From Octopus sinensis (lineage: Eukaryota): a DNA stretch of 64,000 nt. The notes beneath the pieces are model-generated. The model was not told the DNA's origin and did no database searches. It was given only the letters and a program-made list of their open reading frames with translations. The stretch is taken from positions 147,498,001-147,562,000 of the forward strand of contig NC_043000.1 in NCBI RefSeq assembly GCF_006345805.1, in the 5' to 3' direction. The position numbers and the translations under genes were made by a program. Positions 1 to 14,339 of this stretch are shown piece by piece. Position 1 is the first letter of the stretch; every line of letters starts with the position of its first letter.

Positions 1-33
1 CATAGAGAAGTGCTTCGGCCGTTGGAGGACACC
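1..33 (-). CDS. NDUFS7: NDUFS7 last coding exon, partial (GCPPTAEALLY...), continues beyond window start
   Basis: tttccag|GG TGT CCT CCA ACG GCC GAA GCA CTT CTC TAT G completes the PGCPP motif (fourth Fe-S Cys) in phase with exon 5. Confidence 0.95.
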
Positions 34-3000
34 CTGGAAATATTAAAATACAAAATAGCTAATTAATAGATATACATTTTCTGTGTAAAATGACGCACAC
101 TAAAAATGCACGTAATTGTAGAATAATATAATGAATAAAATAACGGGTATTTAAACCAATGCTTAAATTAGTACACATTACGTAAAGTGCGTGGGTGTGA
201 ATATGCTACATTGGTTAAATGTAGAATTTTCAAAAAAAAAAAGAGTTAAAAGTATTCCATATATGAAGTAAAAATATATATTTCTGGCAAATTTTTAAAA
301 TACCTTACGTAATTTACTTTTAATTTGACATGAGTGCCTGGCAAAATAAATAAATAAATTAAATTAACGTAAAATTATAAAAGTTCCTATCGATTAATCT
401 AAAAGCAATTTATATTTCAAAGATAGAAATAACTTGTTTTAGACAGCACCATTTAGATATACATAAACCGGTAAAGATATTTGCTACTTAGTTTATAATA
501 CAAAGGACACTGATTATAATAATGTTATGTAACTGACTAAGAAGCTACAGTATGAATTTTGTACAAAAGCATAAGTCCGTAACTTATATAATACGTTAAA
601 TTCTAAAAGAAGGAAAATAAGCATTAACACTTCCACCTAAAATATGTTTATTATTGCTAAAGAATGATAGATTGAATAACCACCGCGCGAGATTATTCGT
701 TCGGTAATGATGAGTCAGCAAGAAATAAACCGCGACGCAGTTTTCATTTAACAGCACCAGCAAAAAAAAAAAAACAGGATGTGTATGTGTATATATATAT
801 AGTTATACAGGTGTTAACATATGTTACAGGTTAAAGACAATCACAAGTTTTATTTGATTGCTTATACATTATATTTCTTTTCTGGGCCCCTTTTCTTACT
901 TATAACACATCATGATTTCTTATAGAAAGTGATCTTAGCGAGAAGGCTGGAAAGGAATCGGGAAATGCGAGAAGGAAGAACACAAGAAAAAAAACCCCAG
1001 ACTGCTATTAGACCAAACGTACAATAAACATGATGCCATTATTGCATATATTAACCTACTTAAAAACGCTACGACTTATCTCCCTTGAATAGGCCATTTT
1101 TTTTATTTGTGTCTTGGTCTTCTTCCCGGATTTACAAATGGGTCAAAGATGGCGACGATAAAGTGCAGGAAACCAATAGTTAATGAAATGATACCAAAGT
1201 CTAACTCGCTTCTACTAAATAATTTCTATTTCTCTTACCATTAAAAAAAATAAAGTATTATTCATAAAGAATTGATAACGTATTTAAATTATAGGTTTCC
1301 TGATGTTGAAATGTAATGTTCATTTCCCAAAACGTAAACCTGGAAGTGTACACTATTTCTGTGTTCACCTATCGGTGTTCACAGTTCGCTTGTGCATATA
1401 TTAAAAATTGAAAAAAAAAAATCACAACTCATTTCAACAAAATCAATATTATTCATTGATTATTTCTATTTAAAATCGACATGGTTTGGTTTATTAGCAC
1501 TAGGTGCATCTTACAAGATTTTTAACTGGTTGTTAACCGATTGCTAACAACCTAGCGACATAGCTTTTCTTTTTCTTTTTTTTTTTGTCAATTGGAGAAA
1601 CCATGTATAGTTTATTGTAAACTGATTTTTTAGTTGAGATTCGATTTTTATTACTAATGAAAGTAAAATAAAATTAAAAAAAAGATTGAAAAGTTAAATT
1701 TACTCAATCAAATTTTGAGTAAATTCTTAGTCAAATGTATTTTTTTATCTGTCCATATGTTATATTAATATTTATCAAAGGGAATATGAAACCAGCTGAA
1801 TTGCAAAACGAAATGTTGAGCTAGAAATTTATTCCTCTGAGGTCAATAAAAATAATTCTACTCCACCCCCATCTTAAATGTATAGTCTTATTCTAAAGTA
1901 AGAAATAATATATTAATTACGTTTATAAAGATGGTGAACTGGAACAAATAAAATAACGCACAGACATTTGGAGGAGTTATAAAATAAAGAACTGGAGTAT
2001 GCATACCAAATATCCCCTAACACTTTAGATGTTACTGCTTGTAATTTCACTTTCTTTTCTAATTCTCCAGTGTCAACATGTATCATAAAACACATGACAG
2101 TAAATTTGTAACCATGTGCCAATCAATGTAAGCAATTCTGTTGAATGCATTACACACACACATTGCAAATTAAAAGATTACTATTTTCAATTATGACTAC
2201 ATGCATAACGAAATTCAACATGAGATAGTCAACAAATTCTTCAGTGAAATTCATGTCACAAAACTTACTGTCACAGAATGTCTATCTAAAATGAACATCA
2301 GTAGTACTTTGTTGGTTTACTGTAATAGGAGAGTTGTTGGTATCTTGAGCCAGTCCTGCAGGTGAGGAATGTTTTGCTATGAATTCTTTGTCTAAAGCAG
2401 TGTTACCCAAAATTTTTTTTCAAACTCCCACTAAAACACTTGCATACCTAACACAACCTTATGTAACATAAGTAGTGGATGTAATTAAACTTGAAATTGA
2501 TGTATTGTTCACTGCACTCTTCATAGTTCTTAATGTGTCCCTAGAGTGCAGTATAACTCTTGGGAGTCATTGGGTTAGAGAAAAACAAAAGGTTGTAAGG
2601 GATTTATGGAAGTGAGATTGTTTCATTATGGAAAGCACACCTCATTCATAAACAACAGCTTTACTGAAAAGAAGTTTAGAAACAAACTCTTCAGGAAGGT
2701 TCTCTAGTGCTGGTAAAACTCTTTGATCCACTCCTCATGCATATATTCTTTTACTGGCATCAGTCATTAGACTGCAACCATGCTCTGACATAACCACCAA
2801 AGGTTTTGTAGATCATATTGACCCTAGCGCTTATTTCAGTCTGATACTTTTTTTCTTTTATCATTTCTGCTTGTTGAACTAGGTTAGAGACATTAAGAGA
2901 TAACATGTTTTTGTGAATATAAAGTACACCTTCCTCCTAATTGTTTTAACATCCACTTCTCATGCTTGTTGGAATTCGTTGAGGCAGACATTTTTGTACA

Positions 3001-5001
3001 ATTTGGATGTCCTCACTTGTTTCCAAGCAAGGCCCTATTTCCCCATAACTTGACATGTTTCCAGGACAACTGGAAGTAAACAACACTTCTTGTGTGGCAG
3101 TGATGCTAGTTTACAAGTATTGCACAATGTCAAAATAAGATGCAAACACACACTCACACATATGTATATATGTGTGTGTATATATATATGTATAGATAAC
3201 AGATTTCTTTCAGTTTCTGCCTACTAAATCCACACACAAAGCTTTGGTCAGCCAGCCCAGGACTATATTAAAAGACAAAGCATGCTCAAGGTGCTCTGCA
3301 GGGGACTGAACTTGAAACCATGTGGCTAAGAAGTGAACTTGTCAACCACACAGCTAAGCTCACAACTATATACATATACACTATTTCACAAGCAACATCA
3401 TTGCCCGTGTGTGTGTATTATCTATGTATGTTTAAATGAATGAATGACTGGCTGTCCTGTGTTTTAAAGACTTGTAACATAAAAAATCCCTTTCTTGAAA
3501 GACACATAAGAGTTGGAGAAATGAAAAGAAGAGCAACTGATACTGAAATCTTGCCTCATATGCATAGCTTCATCTAACCCATGCAACCAAAGAAAAACAA
3601 ATTTTAACCCAAAGAATGAATGTGTATATAATAGACTTGGGAAAACTAGGAAGTCAGAAAAGAAAGACCATTGTGAAAATAATTTATATAATTCAAAATC
3701 TTTTTCACTCTCACTCTCTGTATATATATAGGAAAGGCATTCAACTGTAGAATATCTGCCTCAATGAATTTTGTATGCAAGCATAAAAAGCAGACATTAA
3801 AACAAAACTACACACACACATACAAGTGAGACAGACTGCTGAAAAACACTGACTTGTTGAATATGAAACATAAAAAAATATATTTTTAGAAATTGAGATA
3901 ACAGCTCTTTATGTTTCATACTTAATCTATATACACCATTGATAGACATGATGCTCTGGTTTTTGTCTGAGAGAAACACCTTTTCATAAACATGTGCTAG
4001 AAACATTATATATATATACATATCACCGTGATCGACCAGGCTATCAGATGTTGCTACACATCGCTGGTCACAATGTGCTTCGCATTGTTTTAGCCTTCAA
4101 ATGATGCCACCCCGCTGGCTAAGCGAGCAGGCCATATATATATATATACTGGACTACAATGAATATCATTCCAGTAGCAACCCATGTGAATGCCAGACGT
4201 GTTTTCTCTTCCTTGAGCCTTGTAATAATGTACTCCAGTTGGTCGTATGCCGAAGCAAACTCTATCATGGCTGGAATGATGTTCATGTTATTCCAACATA
4301 TATTGTATATCTAACACAGAATGACCAGCAAGAGATTTTCTCTGACAGAGTCCACAGTATCAAGCCCATCAATGGTGTATGAATATTGTTGTTAGTAGTC
4401 CATCAATGTCTGACAATGACAAAGTCTGTGTCCTCAGCGAATGGAGCACATGTGACACTGCAGTCCAAAGCTGGAAACACACAGGCACCCATAGATGTCA
4501 CAATGATAGTCTGTTGACTATAGATGGCTATTTTAATTTGATGCTGTTTCAATCGTATAGACTAAGCCTGAGATATTGTATTTTATTATTAGAAATGAAA
4601 TGTTGTATCTACAGTGTTTAACAGGGATGGGCGACATTTTTCTAAAATACAAAGAACAATGTCATTATTAAACAGAGGAAATGAATGTGCAAGAATGTAG
4701 GACAAGATAGATTTTACTCAAGAAACTGATTTCTAAAAAATATTGAGATTTAAATAATTATTAGTATGCTTCTTTTCTTTTCCCATTAAACTGCAGCCAT
4801 GCTGTGGCACCAGCTTCAGTTTTTTTTTTAAATAGATTATTGCAACCCCAATCCTTATTTCAGTTTAGTATTTATTTTATTGATTCACCAAATTACTATT
4901 TTGACATGACTGGCTATTTGCAAGCAACAATCTGTGGTGTCAAACACAAACAAGGACAAAGAGCATCCTCTCCACATACTATATGCTTCTGTGATTTCTG
5001 T

Positions 5002-5212
5002 TACTCTTTTACTCTTTTACTTGTTTCAGTCATTTGACTGCGGCCATGCTGGAGCACCGCCTTTAGTCGAGCAAATTGACCCCGGGACTTATTCTTTGTA
5101 AGCCTAGTACTTATTCTATCGGTCTCTTTTGCCGAACCGCTAAGTGACGGGGACGTAAACACACCAGCATCGGTTGTCAAGCAATGCTAGGGGGACAAAC
5201 ACAGACACACAA

Positions 5213-5257
<45 letters not shown>

Positions 5258-5441
5258 TATATATATACATATATACGACAGGCTTCTTTCAGTTTCCGTT
5301 TACCAAATCCACTCACAAGGCATTGGTCGGCCCGGGGCTATAGCAGAAGACACTTGCCCAAGATGCCACGCAGTGGGACTGAACCCGGAACCATGTGGTT
5401 GGTTAGCAAGCTACTTACCACACAGCCACTCCTGCGCCCTA
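5002..5441 (-). mobile_element. tRNA-derived octopus-type SINE, near full length
   Basis: Head ggcgcaggagtggctgtgtggtaag...GGTTCAGTCCC, internal (TA/TG)n, tail ...gaaacaagtaaaagag. Near-identical copies elsewhere in the window. Confidence 0.85.
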
Positions 5442-6030
5442 TGTTGACATGACTGGCTATTTGCAAGCAACAATCTGTAGTGTCAAACACAAACATGGAC
5501 AAAGAGCAACCCCTCTACATACAATATGCTTGTGTGATTTCTGTCTATCAAATTCAATTCACAAAGTATTATTGGTCAACCTAAGGCTATAGTAAAAGCC
5601 ACTTACCCAAAGCATCAGACAGTGGAAATGAACCTGGTACTATATTGTTGCAAAGAGAACTTCCTAACTACAGCTACATCTGTGCCTATGAATGGTTTTA
5701 TTTGTTTGTTTATTTTCCTTCTATTTTTAAATAAATGTCTAGAACATTGACATTAAATACAGAAAACAGATCTGACACGAAATAAATTATCTTGAACATT
5801 TTAAATATAGAACTTAAAAGTTAAAACAAAAGATACACAGAATACATAACAATGTATCTAAAAACAATGAGTTAAATGAAACTTGAAAATATTTTGCTTT
5901 TCATAACAAAACAAGTTACTATTGTTTTTAGCTCTCATTTGGATAGTATAACATTATCAAAGAGGTTAAATAACTTGTACACACTGGCTACATCCAAATT
6001 ACTCCCTTCCTAAATCATTTCATAAAAACA

Positions 6031-6335
6031 ATCATCATCATCATTGTTCGACCGTGGTCGAGACAATGGAATTTACTATGTTACGCCAGACTTCACGGTC
6101 CATCACAGCATTACGGAGGTCCTGTTGCTGGATGCCTGTATCCCTGGAGATTACATCAGGGTAGGAGAGTGTGCGCCCTCTGGTATTGCGAGTAGATGGC
6201 TTCCAGAAGAGAAGAGTAGAAATTACTTCTTTTTCAGCTCTACAACAATGTCCAGCAAACTGGACTCTCCTACCTTTCACAAGAGATGACACAGGTGGTA
6301 GTTTCCCATATATTTGCATATATTTCCCATATATT
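6031..6335 (-). mobile_element. 3' end of an RTE-group non-LTR retrotransposon with (TGA)n tail
   Basis: ORF end RRVQFAGHCCR...RGRTLSYPDVISRD...MDREVWR resembles the RTE C-terminal region. The stop codon runs into the tgatgatga tail. Confidence 0.75.
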
Positions 6336-7306
6336 AACTGTGTTCCATGGTCCATCCTATTTTCAGCATCTTACACTAATTTTTTGTTAACATGGTAGTA
6401 CTCCAGCATGGCATAGATGTGTAGATGAAACCAGATCAGCATATACCAGAGGCTACTTTGAAATAATAAATTTCTTCTAGCTTTTGTGTATATTTCACTA
6501 TGCCTTTCCTTTGAGCATTTATCCATGCCCTCCCTCTTTCTCTCTCTCACACACACTAACACAAATATCATCATCATCGTTTAACGTCCACTTTCCATGC
6601 TGGCAAGGGCTGGATGGTTTGACCAAGGTCTGGAGAGCCAGTAGCTGGACCAGGCTCCAATCTGATCTGGCAATGTTTCTACAGCTGGATGTCCTTCCTA
6701 ACACCAACCACTTCGAAAGTGTAGTGGGTGCTTTTTATGTGCCACTGGCACGGGATCCAGTCAGGGAGTACTGGCATCGGCCACGTTTGGATGGTGCTTT
6801 TTACATGCCACCAGCACGGGAGCCAGTCAGGTGGCACTGGCCACAGCTACGATATTGGTTTTACTTGACTTAACAGGTCTTCTCAAGCATATCATATCGC
6901 CTGATGCATCAGGGGTACTCTTAACTGGGCTGGATCTCACTTTAGTTGCTGGGTCTTCTCAATCACAGCATATCTCCAAAGGTCTTGGTCTCCTGTCATT
7001 GCCTCTGTGAGGCTTAATGTGTGTGTGTGTGTCATCATCATCATCGTTTAATGTCCGCTTTCCATGCTAGCATGGGCTGGACGATTTGACTAAGGGCTGG
7101 CGAACCAGATGGCTGCACCAGGCCTCAATCTTGATCTGGCAGAGTTTCTACAGCTTGATGCCCTTCCTAATGCCAACCACTCCGAGAGTGTAATGGGTGC
7201 TTTTACGTGCCACTGGCATGGAGTATAGTCAGGCGGTACTGGCAATGACCTTGCTCGAATGTTTTTACACATGCCACCGGCATAAGTGCCAGTAAAGCGA
7301 TAGGCA

Positions 7307-7663
7307 CTCCGTCGAGGGTCCCAGTTGATCTGATCAATGGAACAGCCTGCTTGTGAAATTAACATGTGAGTGGCTGAGCACTTCACAGACACGTGTACCC
7401 TTAACATAGTTCTCTGGGAGATTCAGCGTGACACAGAGTGTGACAAGGCTGGCCCTTTAAAATACAGGTACAACTGAAAGAGGAAGAAAGAGTGAGAGAA
7501 AGTTGTGGTGAAAGAATACAGCTGGGTTCACCGCCACCCTTTGCCGGAGTCTCATGAAGATTTAGGTGTTTTCACCCAATAAACGCAACACCCGGTCTGG
7601 GAATCAAAACCTCAATCCTATGACTGTGAGTCCACTGCCCTAACCAATGGGCCACTGCAACTC
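7307..7663 (-). mobile_element. Second tRNA-derived SINE family (related copy at ~47420-47728)
   Basis: Minus-strand head tggcccattggttagggcagtggactc...gttttgattcccagaccggg with A/B-box-like motifs. Shares agagtgagagaaagttgtgg...gccggag...tttaggtgttt with the 47.5 kb copy. Confidence 0.65.
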
Positions 7664-7923
7664 CATATATACATGCATCATACAAATTTCAAAAACTAAT
7701 ATGTAACAATGAGCTATATCAGAAAGAAAATATACAATAAAAATAGCAAAAAAGTTGTTCTTACAATGATAGAACAAGAGCTGTTGTTTAAAATAGAAGT
7801 CACAGAGTGACTGCTACGATATTGAATTAACTACTCTGGCAAAAATAAACACACAAACTTAAGACTATTTCTATACAAAACACAGGGTTAACTAGACTTG
7901 ATTTTTTATTTCTGAGTGTGTGC

Positions 7924-9525
7924 TATTAGATTTGAAAACCTGATCAAATTATATCATGATATTACAAGAAAATTATTATAGAAGAAAAATTACCGTCACT
8001 GGAATGTGTGCAGCACTCATGTAGTACACCCAGAATATGGACTGCATATATGAGCCATTATGTATTAAGAGACTGAGGTAAATGATATGTTCCATTACTG
8101 TAACTTTTGTCGTTGTCATGCCAAAATGTTTAAGATGAGGTATTTAGCAACACTGATGGAATAATTCATTGTATTGCTAACCTTATCTTAAAAAAAAAAA
8201 AAGACATTTTGTAAAACATTATTTTAAACAATTTCAACTACTTTTGTAACCGATTGTCTAATGTGCTTGGAACAAGTCTAACACTCATGCAAGGAATAGC
8301 AGCCAAATGTCCATTAAATTGCACTTTACTAGCTTAAAAAAAAAGAAAGATGCTATGGATAATAGTCCACAGCTTGAAAATTTTGAAGACATGAATGATG
8401 GTCATAAGTGGAATACCTTTGAGGGGAAGACCTAGAAAGACGTGGGACAAAGTGGGGAGAAAGCTCTTCAGATGCTGGGCCTAACTGAGGAAATGACAAA
8501 GGACCAGGAGTTGTGTTTTGCTGTGCTTGAGAAGATTCATCAAGCTAAGAAAAATTATGGTCATACATACAGTACGGTGCCATGCAAAATGCACTCATGC
8601 CAGGGCCATGTAAGACACACTTGTGCCAGAGCTGGCGGCACGTAAAAAGTACCCAGCACACTCTGTAAAGTGGTTGGTGTTAGGAAGGGCATCCAGCTGG
8701 AGAAACCACACCAAAACAGACAATTGGAGTCTGGAACCTTCCCCAGCTGGTTAGCTTCAGTCAAACCATCCAACCCATGCCTTCATGGAAAACGGACATT
8801 AAACAATAACGATGATGATGATAGGGCTGTTCACAGGCTAAACAGGACTGGAATAAAGGATTGTGTGTAGTACTTGTTTGCAATATGGAAAAGAGCATTG
8901 TAGCTCTACATGCTATAAAGATTTGTGGGTTTACTCTAAGTTCATAAATGGGTAAATTAAGAACATATTTATGAATTTATCCCAGCCCAAATCTGTGTTG
9001 TTTAACCTGTGAAAACTGCCTTAAGATCAAAGGTGTTCCAGTAATGACCATCATCCATGTCTTCTGAATTTTCAAGCAGGGGAATATTATCCATAACGTC
9101 TTCTTTTTTTTATAAGCTAGTAGGGTGTAATTTGATGGACATTTGGCTGCTATTCCTTACATAAATGTTAGACCTGTCCCAAGCATATTAGGTAGTCAGT
9201 GACAAAAGTGGCTGAAATTGTTTAAAATAATGTTTTACAAATGTTTTCTTTTTTTTAAGATAAGGTTAGCAGTGCAATGAATTCTTCCGTCAGTGTTGCT
9301 AAATAACTCATCCTAAAAATTTTGGCACAACAATGACAAATGTTACAGTAATGGAACATATCATTTACCTCAGTCTCTTAATACATAATGGCTTATATAT
9401 GCAGTCCATATTCTGGGTGTGCTACATGAGTGCTGCACACATTCCAATGAGGGTAATGTTTCTTCTGTAACAATTTTCTTCTTGTAATATAATGGTATAA
9501 TCTGGTCAGGTTTCCAAATCTAATA
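7924..9525. repeat. Diverged ~500 bp inverted duplication (7924-8422 / 9027-9525)
   Basis: For example, cagaatatggactgcatatatgagccattatgtattaagagactgaggtaaatgatatgttccattactgtaac matches its reverse complement at ~9342-9414. Confidence 0.9.
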
Positions 9526-10444
9526 ATTATTAGCCACCTTGAGCTCCTAATAACAAATGGAAACTGTTTAAAATGGATTTTATATATAAAAAAGAGGTTA
9601 ACAGGCTCAAAAATGTTTACATCAATTTCATTGTCAGTGCTATGTAGGTTAATATACTATGGATTATTGCACAAAAATGTACCGTTCATAAATGTTTGTG
9701 ATTTATCAATTAAATTTATAACTATATTCTTATGGTCTTTCCTTCCTTCTTTTCTTCATCATCATTTTAAATATCTATTTTTCCATAACTGCATGGGTCA
9801 TACGAGAGTATGTTGGAACAGAGTTTTCTATGGCTAGATGACCTCCCTGTTGCCAATCTCCACTTGTTCCCAAGTAAGGTGCTAACATCCCAATCTAATG
9901 AACAACGTGGACAGGTTTATGGGGACAACTGGAGACAAACAACACCGTATGGATAACATTTCAAGACATGTCAAGAAATCCGGACATGTTTTTGCAGTAA
10001 ACTGCAAACAAATACTATCATAGCTATTGCTTACAACCAGCGAGTGAAACATATATGTAGTCAAGGAAAATACAAACTCTCTCACACACACACAAAGTGG
10101 TCTTCTTCAATTTCTACCTACCAAATCCACTCACAAGACTTAGGCTGGTGTGGTATTACAGTCAAAAACACTTGACCAAAGTTGCCATTTAGTGGGATTG
10201 AATTTGAAACCATGTCATTGCAAAGTGAACTTCTTAACCACACAGCTTTCTTCCACTAATGTTATACTTGTAAAATTTTAACTTAAGATGAAGCATCTAA
10301 AATATTATACTTTATCAACATAGTTTTAGCCTGTATAATGCTGTCAAGAGGTTCTGAAGATTGAAAACCTAAGATATTGATAATCAGTTGCAAGATAACA
10401 GGTTTGTATCACACCACAATTAGACTTGACTCTTACTGTCTCAT

Positions 10445-10985
10445 TCCACACAGTAACGTGCAACCAAAAGAATACCCTCCATCAGGCATTTGCCATATCC
10501 TGAACGCCTTGCTTCCCTGGGCATGGACACATTGAAGCTCCGACGTCTGGCAGCTGACTTGGCAGACACCCATAAAATTATCAACCATCGCACAAACAAT
10601 AACTCTGAGCACCTCTTCAAACTCCACCCATCTAACACCCGTGGACATATTTACAAAGTAAGAAAACAGCACAGCTCCCATGACTTCAGGAAACATTTTT
10701 TCACGCTGAGAGTTGCTGAAGCATGGAACAAACTGCCGGCATCAGTTGTTAGTTGTCGGAGCACTGCATCCTTCAAAACTTCCATGCTTCCTGAGATTCG
10801 CCAACACTACACTTGATTTTCTCCCCTCCATACACACACAAGCATGTATCTGACTCATACACTGTTCACTTTCCAGACATTTCTACATTACTGCATGTAC
10901 TTTATATGCACTTTCTGACAAGTTGTGGTGCACCTGAGCACTGTATACAATAATTTCATTATTATTATTATTATTATTATTATTT
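10445..10985 (+). mobile_element. 3' end of a CR1-clade LINE with (ATT)n tail
   Basis: PYPERLASLGMDTLKLRRLAADL...TRGH.YK...RKHFFTLRVAEAWNKLP is the typical CR1 ORF2 C-terminus. Confidence 0.85.
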
Positions 10986-11340
10986 TAACTATAAATAAGG
11001 AACATGTGAAGCACAGGATGGAGGTAGGGACTCCATGGATGAGTGTTACAATTTTGGGTAATAGATTATTATTATTAGAGCTGGTAATAAAATAAAGTAC
11101 TAATTAAGTACAGGGATCCATGTAATTGTTCATATCCCCGCCTCCCTAAAATTGTTGACCTGGTGCCAAAATTTGAAACAGATACTATTATCTTTTATAA
11201 ATATAATTATTATTATTATTCATGTGTAGGTGGGTTACTATGCTTTTCTTGCTTTATTATATCTTTTATAATTATATCTGTTTTTATATAATCATTTATT
11301 TTGTGTAATTATATTGTATAACATTTTAATGTGTTAATCG

Positions 11341-12097
11341 TCATTATCATCATAATCGTCGTTTAATGCCTGCTTTCCATGCTGGCATGGGTTGGACGGT
11401 TTAACTGAGGGCTGGTAAACCAGAAGGCTGCACCAGGCTCCAATCTGATCTAGCAAAGTTTCTACAGCTGGATGCCCTTCCTAATGCCAACCACTCCAAG
11501 AGTGTGTTGTGGGTGCTTTTTATGTACCACCAGCACAAGGGCCAGTCAGGCGGTACTGGCATCAACCACGTTTCAATGGTGTTTTTCTACGTACCACCAG
11601 CATGGGACCAGTCAGGCGGCATTAGCACTGACCATGCTCAAATGGTGCTTTTCACATGCCACTGGCAGGAGAGCCAGTCAGGCGGCACTGGCATTGACCA
11701 CGCTCGAATGGTGATTTTTACATACCACTGGGATGGGTACCAATTAGGCAGTACTGTCATTGGCCAAGACAATGACTTCACTTGACTCAACAGGTCTTTG
11801 CAAACACAGTCTATTGCCCAATGGTTGAAGGGTACTCTTAAATGGGTTGGTTATGCTGCACTGGCATAGGCCACAGTTACAGTCTCACTTGGCTTGCCAA
11901 GTCTTCTCAAGCACAGTATATCTCCAAAAGTCTCGGTCATTTGTCATCGCCTCCATGAGGCCCAACATTCGAATGTTGTGCTTCACCACCTCATCTCAGG
12001 TCTTCCTGAGTCTACCTCTTCCAAGATTCCCTCTATTGCTAGGGTGTGACAACTTTTTCCCACAGCTGTCCTCATCCATACGCAACACATGACCAAT
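11341..12097 (-). mobile_element. 5'-truncated RTE LINE: ORF C-terminus, 3'UTR with ~63 bp repeats, (GAT)n tail
   Basis: Minus strand GHVLRMDEDSC...GRGRLRKT..VVKHNIRMLGLMEAMTNDRDFWRYTVLEKT followed by the aggaagggcatccagctgtagaaac 3'UTR. Shorter copies of this 3' end lie at ~6567, 7033, 8423, 23177, 28420, 30370, 33648, 34283, 44641, 45494, 48108, 49588, 53553 and 54104. Confidence 0.8.
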
Positions 12098-12283
12098 ATA
12101 TATATATTGAGCATCATGTGGCTTTCCTTTTATTTTCATATAACATTATTTTGTTTATCCTTAAATATTTTATAACACCTTTATTTTGCTTTCTTTTTAT
12201 TGTATATATGAATGGGCCCAGGTAATAACAATAAAAAATTATTATTATTATTATATACAAATGCTAATATATATATATATATG

Positions 12284-12321
<38 letters not shown>

Positions 12322-12554
12322 AATATATATACAGAGAGAGAGAGAGAGATTAACTCTACAGTAAGGTGTTGATTCTTACTTGTAACCACTTCGTCTTACA
12401 ACATAGCTAATACACTTAGAAAAGGCATGAACATTGCAGTTGCCATCTACTCTGTTTTTAGAAATTGTAGATTTCAAGACTACCAAGCTTCCTTAGAGAC
12501 ACACCTGAAAAATATGCACTGAGATAGATTTGATAAATATTATTTGTATCTTAC

Positions 12555-12690
12555 CTGGAACATATATATCAACAGGTATCACTCGATCACATCCACGGAC
12601 AACAGCATATGAATAGTGGTAGTAACCACCTCCATTAGCACAACTCCCCATTGATATTACCCAGCGAGGTTCTGGCATCTGATCGTAAAC
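12555..12690 (-). CDS. NDUFS7: NDUFS7 coding exon 5 ([45 protein letters not shown]+G)
   Basis: tttttgacag acceptor and CAG|GTAAG donor, 136 nt. MGSCANGGG motif of NuoB/PSST. Confidence 0.98.
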
Positions 12691-14153
12691 CTGTCAAAAA
12701 TAAAGTGTACAGAAATATCTGGCATTTTTTTAAGCTCCCAAAAATGTTCAAAATTATTTATTTCTTTAAAGGCAAATAATTTGAATAATTTTTATTTTCT
12801 TGTAAGAGCTGGGGACATAGATCTACTCATCTACCTTATACTATATAAATGTATTTGTTGCTGTGTAGCTTAATTTGACCATCAACAGAATGCTGGTCAG
12901 GTATCTAGGTTTCTTCTACAGGCACCCACCCCACAAAAAAAAAAAGAAGAATCAACAGATGTATCATATACTGGACGTAGATCAGTTTTGTCATACACTA
13001 GTTTAGGTAAAATCAAATCTATTTTTAAACTCAGATGATTCAACTAGAAAGTGAATATTAAAAGCTAGTTACTCATAACTATGTTTCAATAAATCTCTGT
13101 CATCATTATTTCAATATATGTTCATCCATATTGAAAAACATTTCTGCATATCTGTAATACAAGTTTCTCCATTCATCTTTCTTGATCAAATGTCAATTCA
13201 TCTGTAAATTCCAATCATTAAGGATCTAACTTAATTGATTTTTTTTCCTTAGCTTTTATTAGGTACAACTAAAACACTGTTTTCTGATTTTTTCATCTGT
13301 GGCACTACTGCTACTTCGGAATAGTATGAATATTATCACAATACACTCCTCTCCCTGAAGTCAATAAAGCTGATCATCTTTTGATTTCCTTCATTTAAAG
13401 CCAAACCATTTACTGCCACACTTGTGTACATATCAAATATTTTAAAGAAAAGAATCTGTTCCACATATCTAGAACCCCGAAGAACATTCTTTACACCAAT
13501 TAAATGTAAATAAAGGCAAACAGAAGAAACAATAATTCATATTTTTATGTCAGCCTAGACTCAATATACCAGAGCATGTCAAACTGTAGTTATTTATTAT
13601 AAGTGAACTTGCAAAGGGGAATGTGCTGAGATGAAGTTAGGAGTGGTAATGAAAGATAAAACATTGTTTACGGGAAAGAGCTATGTTATCTGTCAGAAAT
13701 TGGAGAGCTCTTAAAAGTCTTTATTTTCCATATATATGTAACACATCTAATCAAAACTAATAATGTCATTAACCTCAAATCTGTCTGAAAAATTACTAAT
13801 GCTAAAGAGAGTTGGCAGACATCCAATGATACATATTGATTTGGACAACGAAATATGATAATTTTGAAAGTAAAAACAATATATATGAATTTTTATAGCA
13901 ACTACTGTTCTTATAATTAGTTAAATGTAATTTATGCGAGAGAGCGAGAGCATTTGAAATGAAATAGAGATTATATACTGGATTCAAATAAATGCAATAT
14001 ATATATCCTCTCTTAAGAAAAGTTGAATACCTAAAAAATGAATTATTCAAGGTATCAAACTTGCTGAATAAATGGTAAGTTTCATATAGACTCTTATTTA
14101 TTTCTTTTCAAGAGAAATGGAAGAAATAAATGCATAAATGTAGAAACTCTTTA

Positions 14154-14339
<186 letters not shown>

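Noticed and set aside
4101-4621. Two adjacent plus-strand ORFs (93 and 80 aa)
   Set aside because: No recognisable domain or convincing splice structure; the first begins within a repeat and microsatellite.
5174-5452. Recurrent ORFs such as ...RQASFSFRLPNPLTR... and ...FLQLDALPNANH...
   Set aside because: Chance translations of SINE and RTE 3'UTR copies repeated throughout the window.
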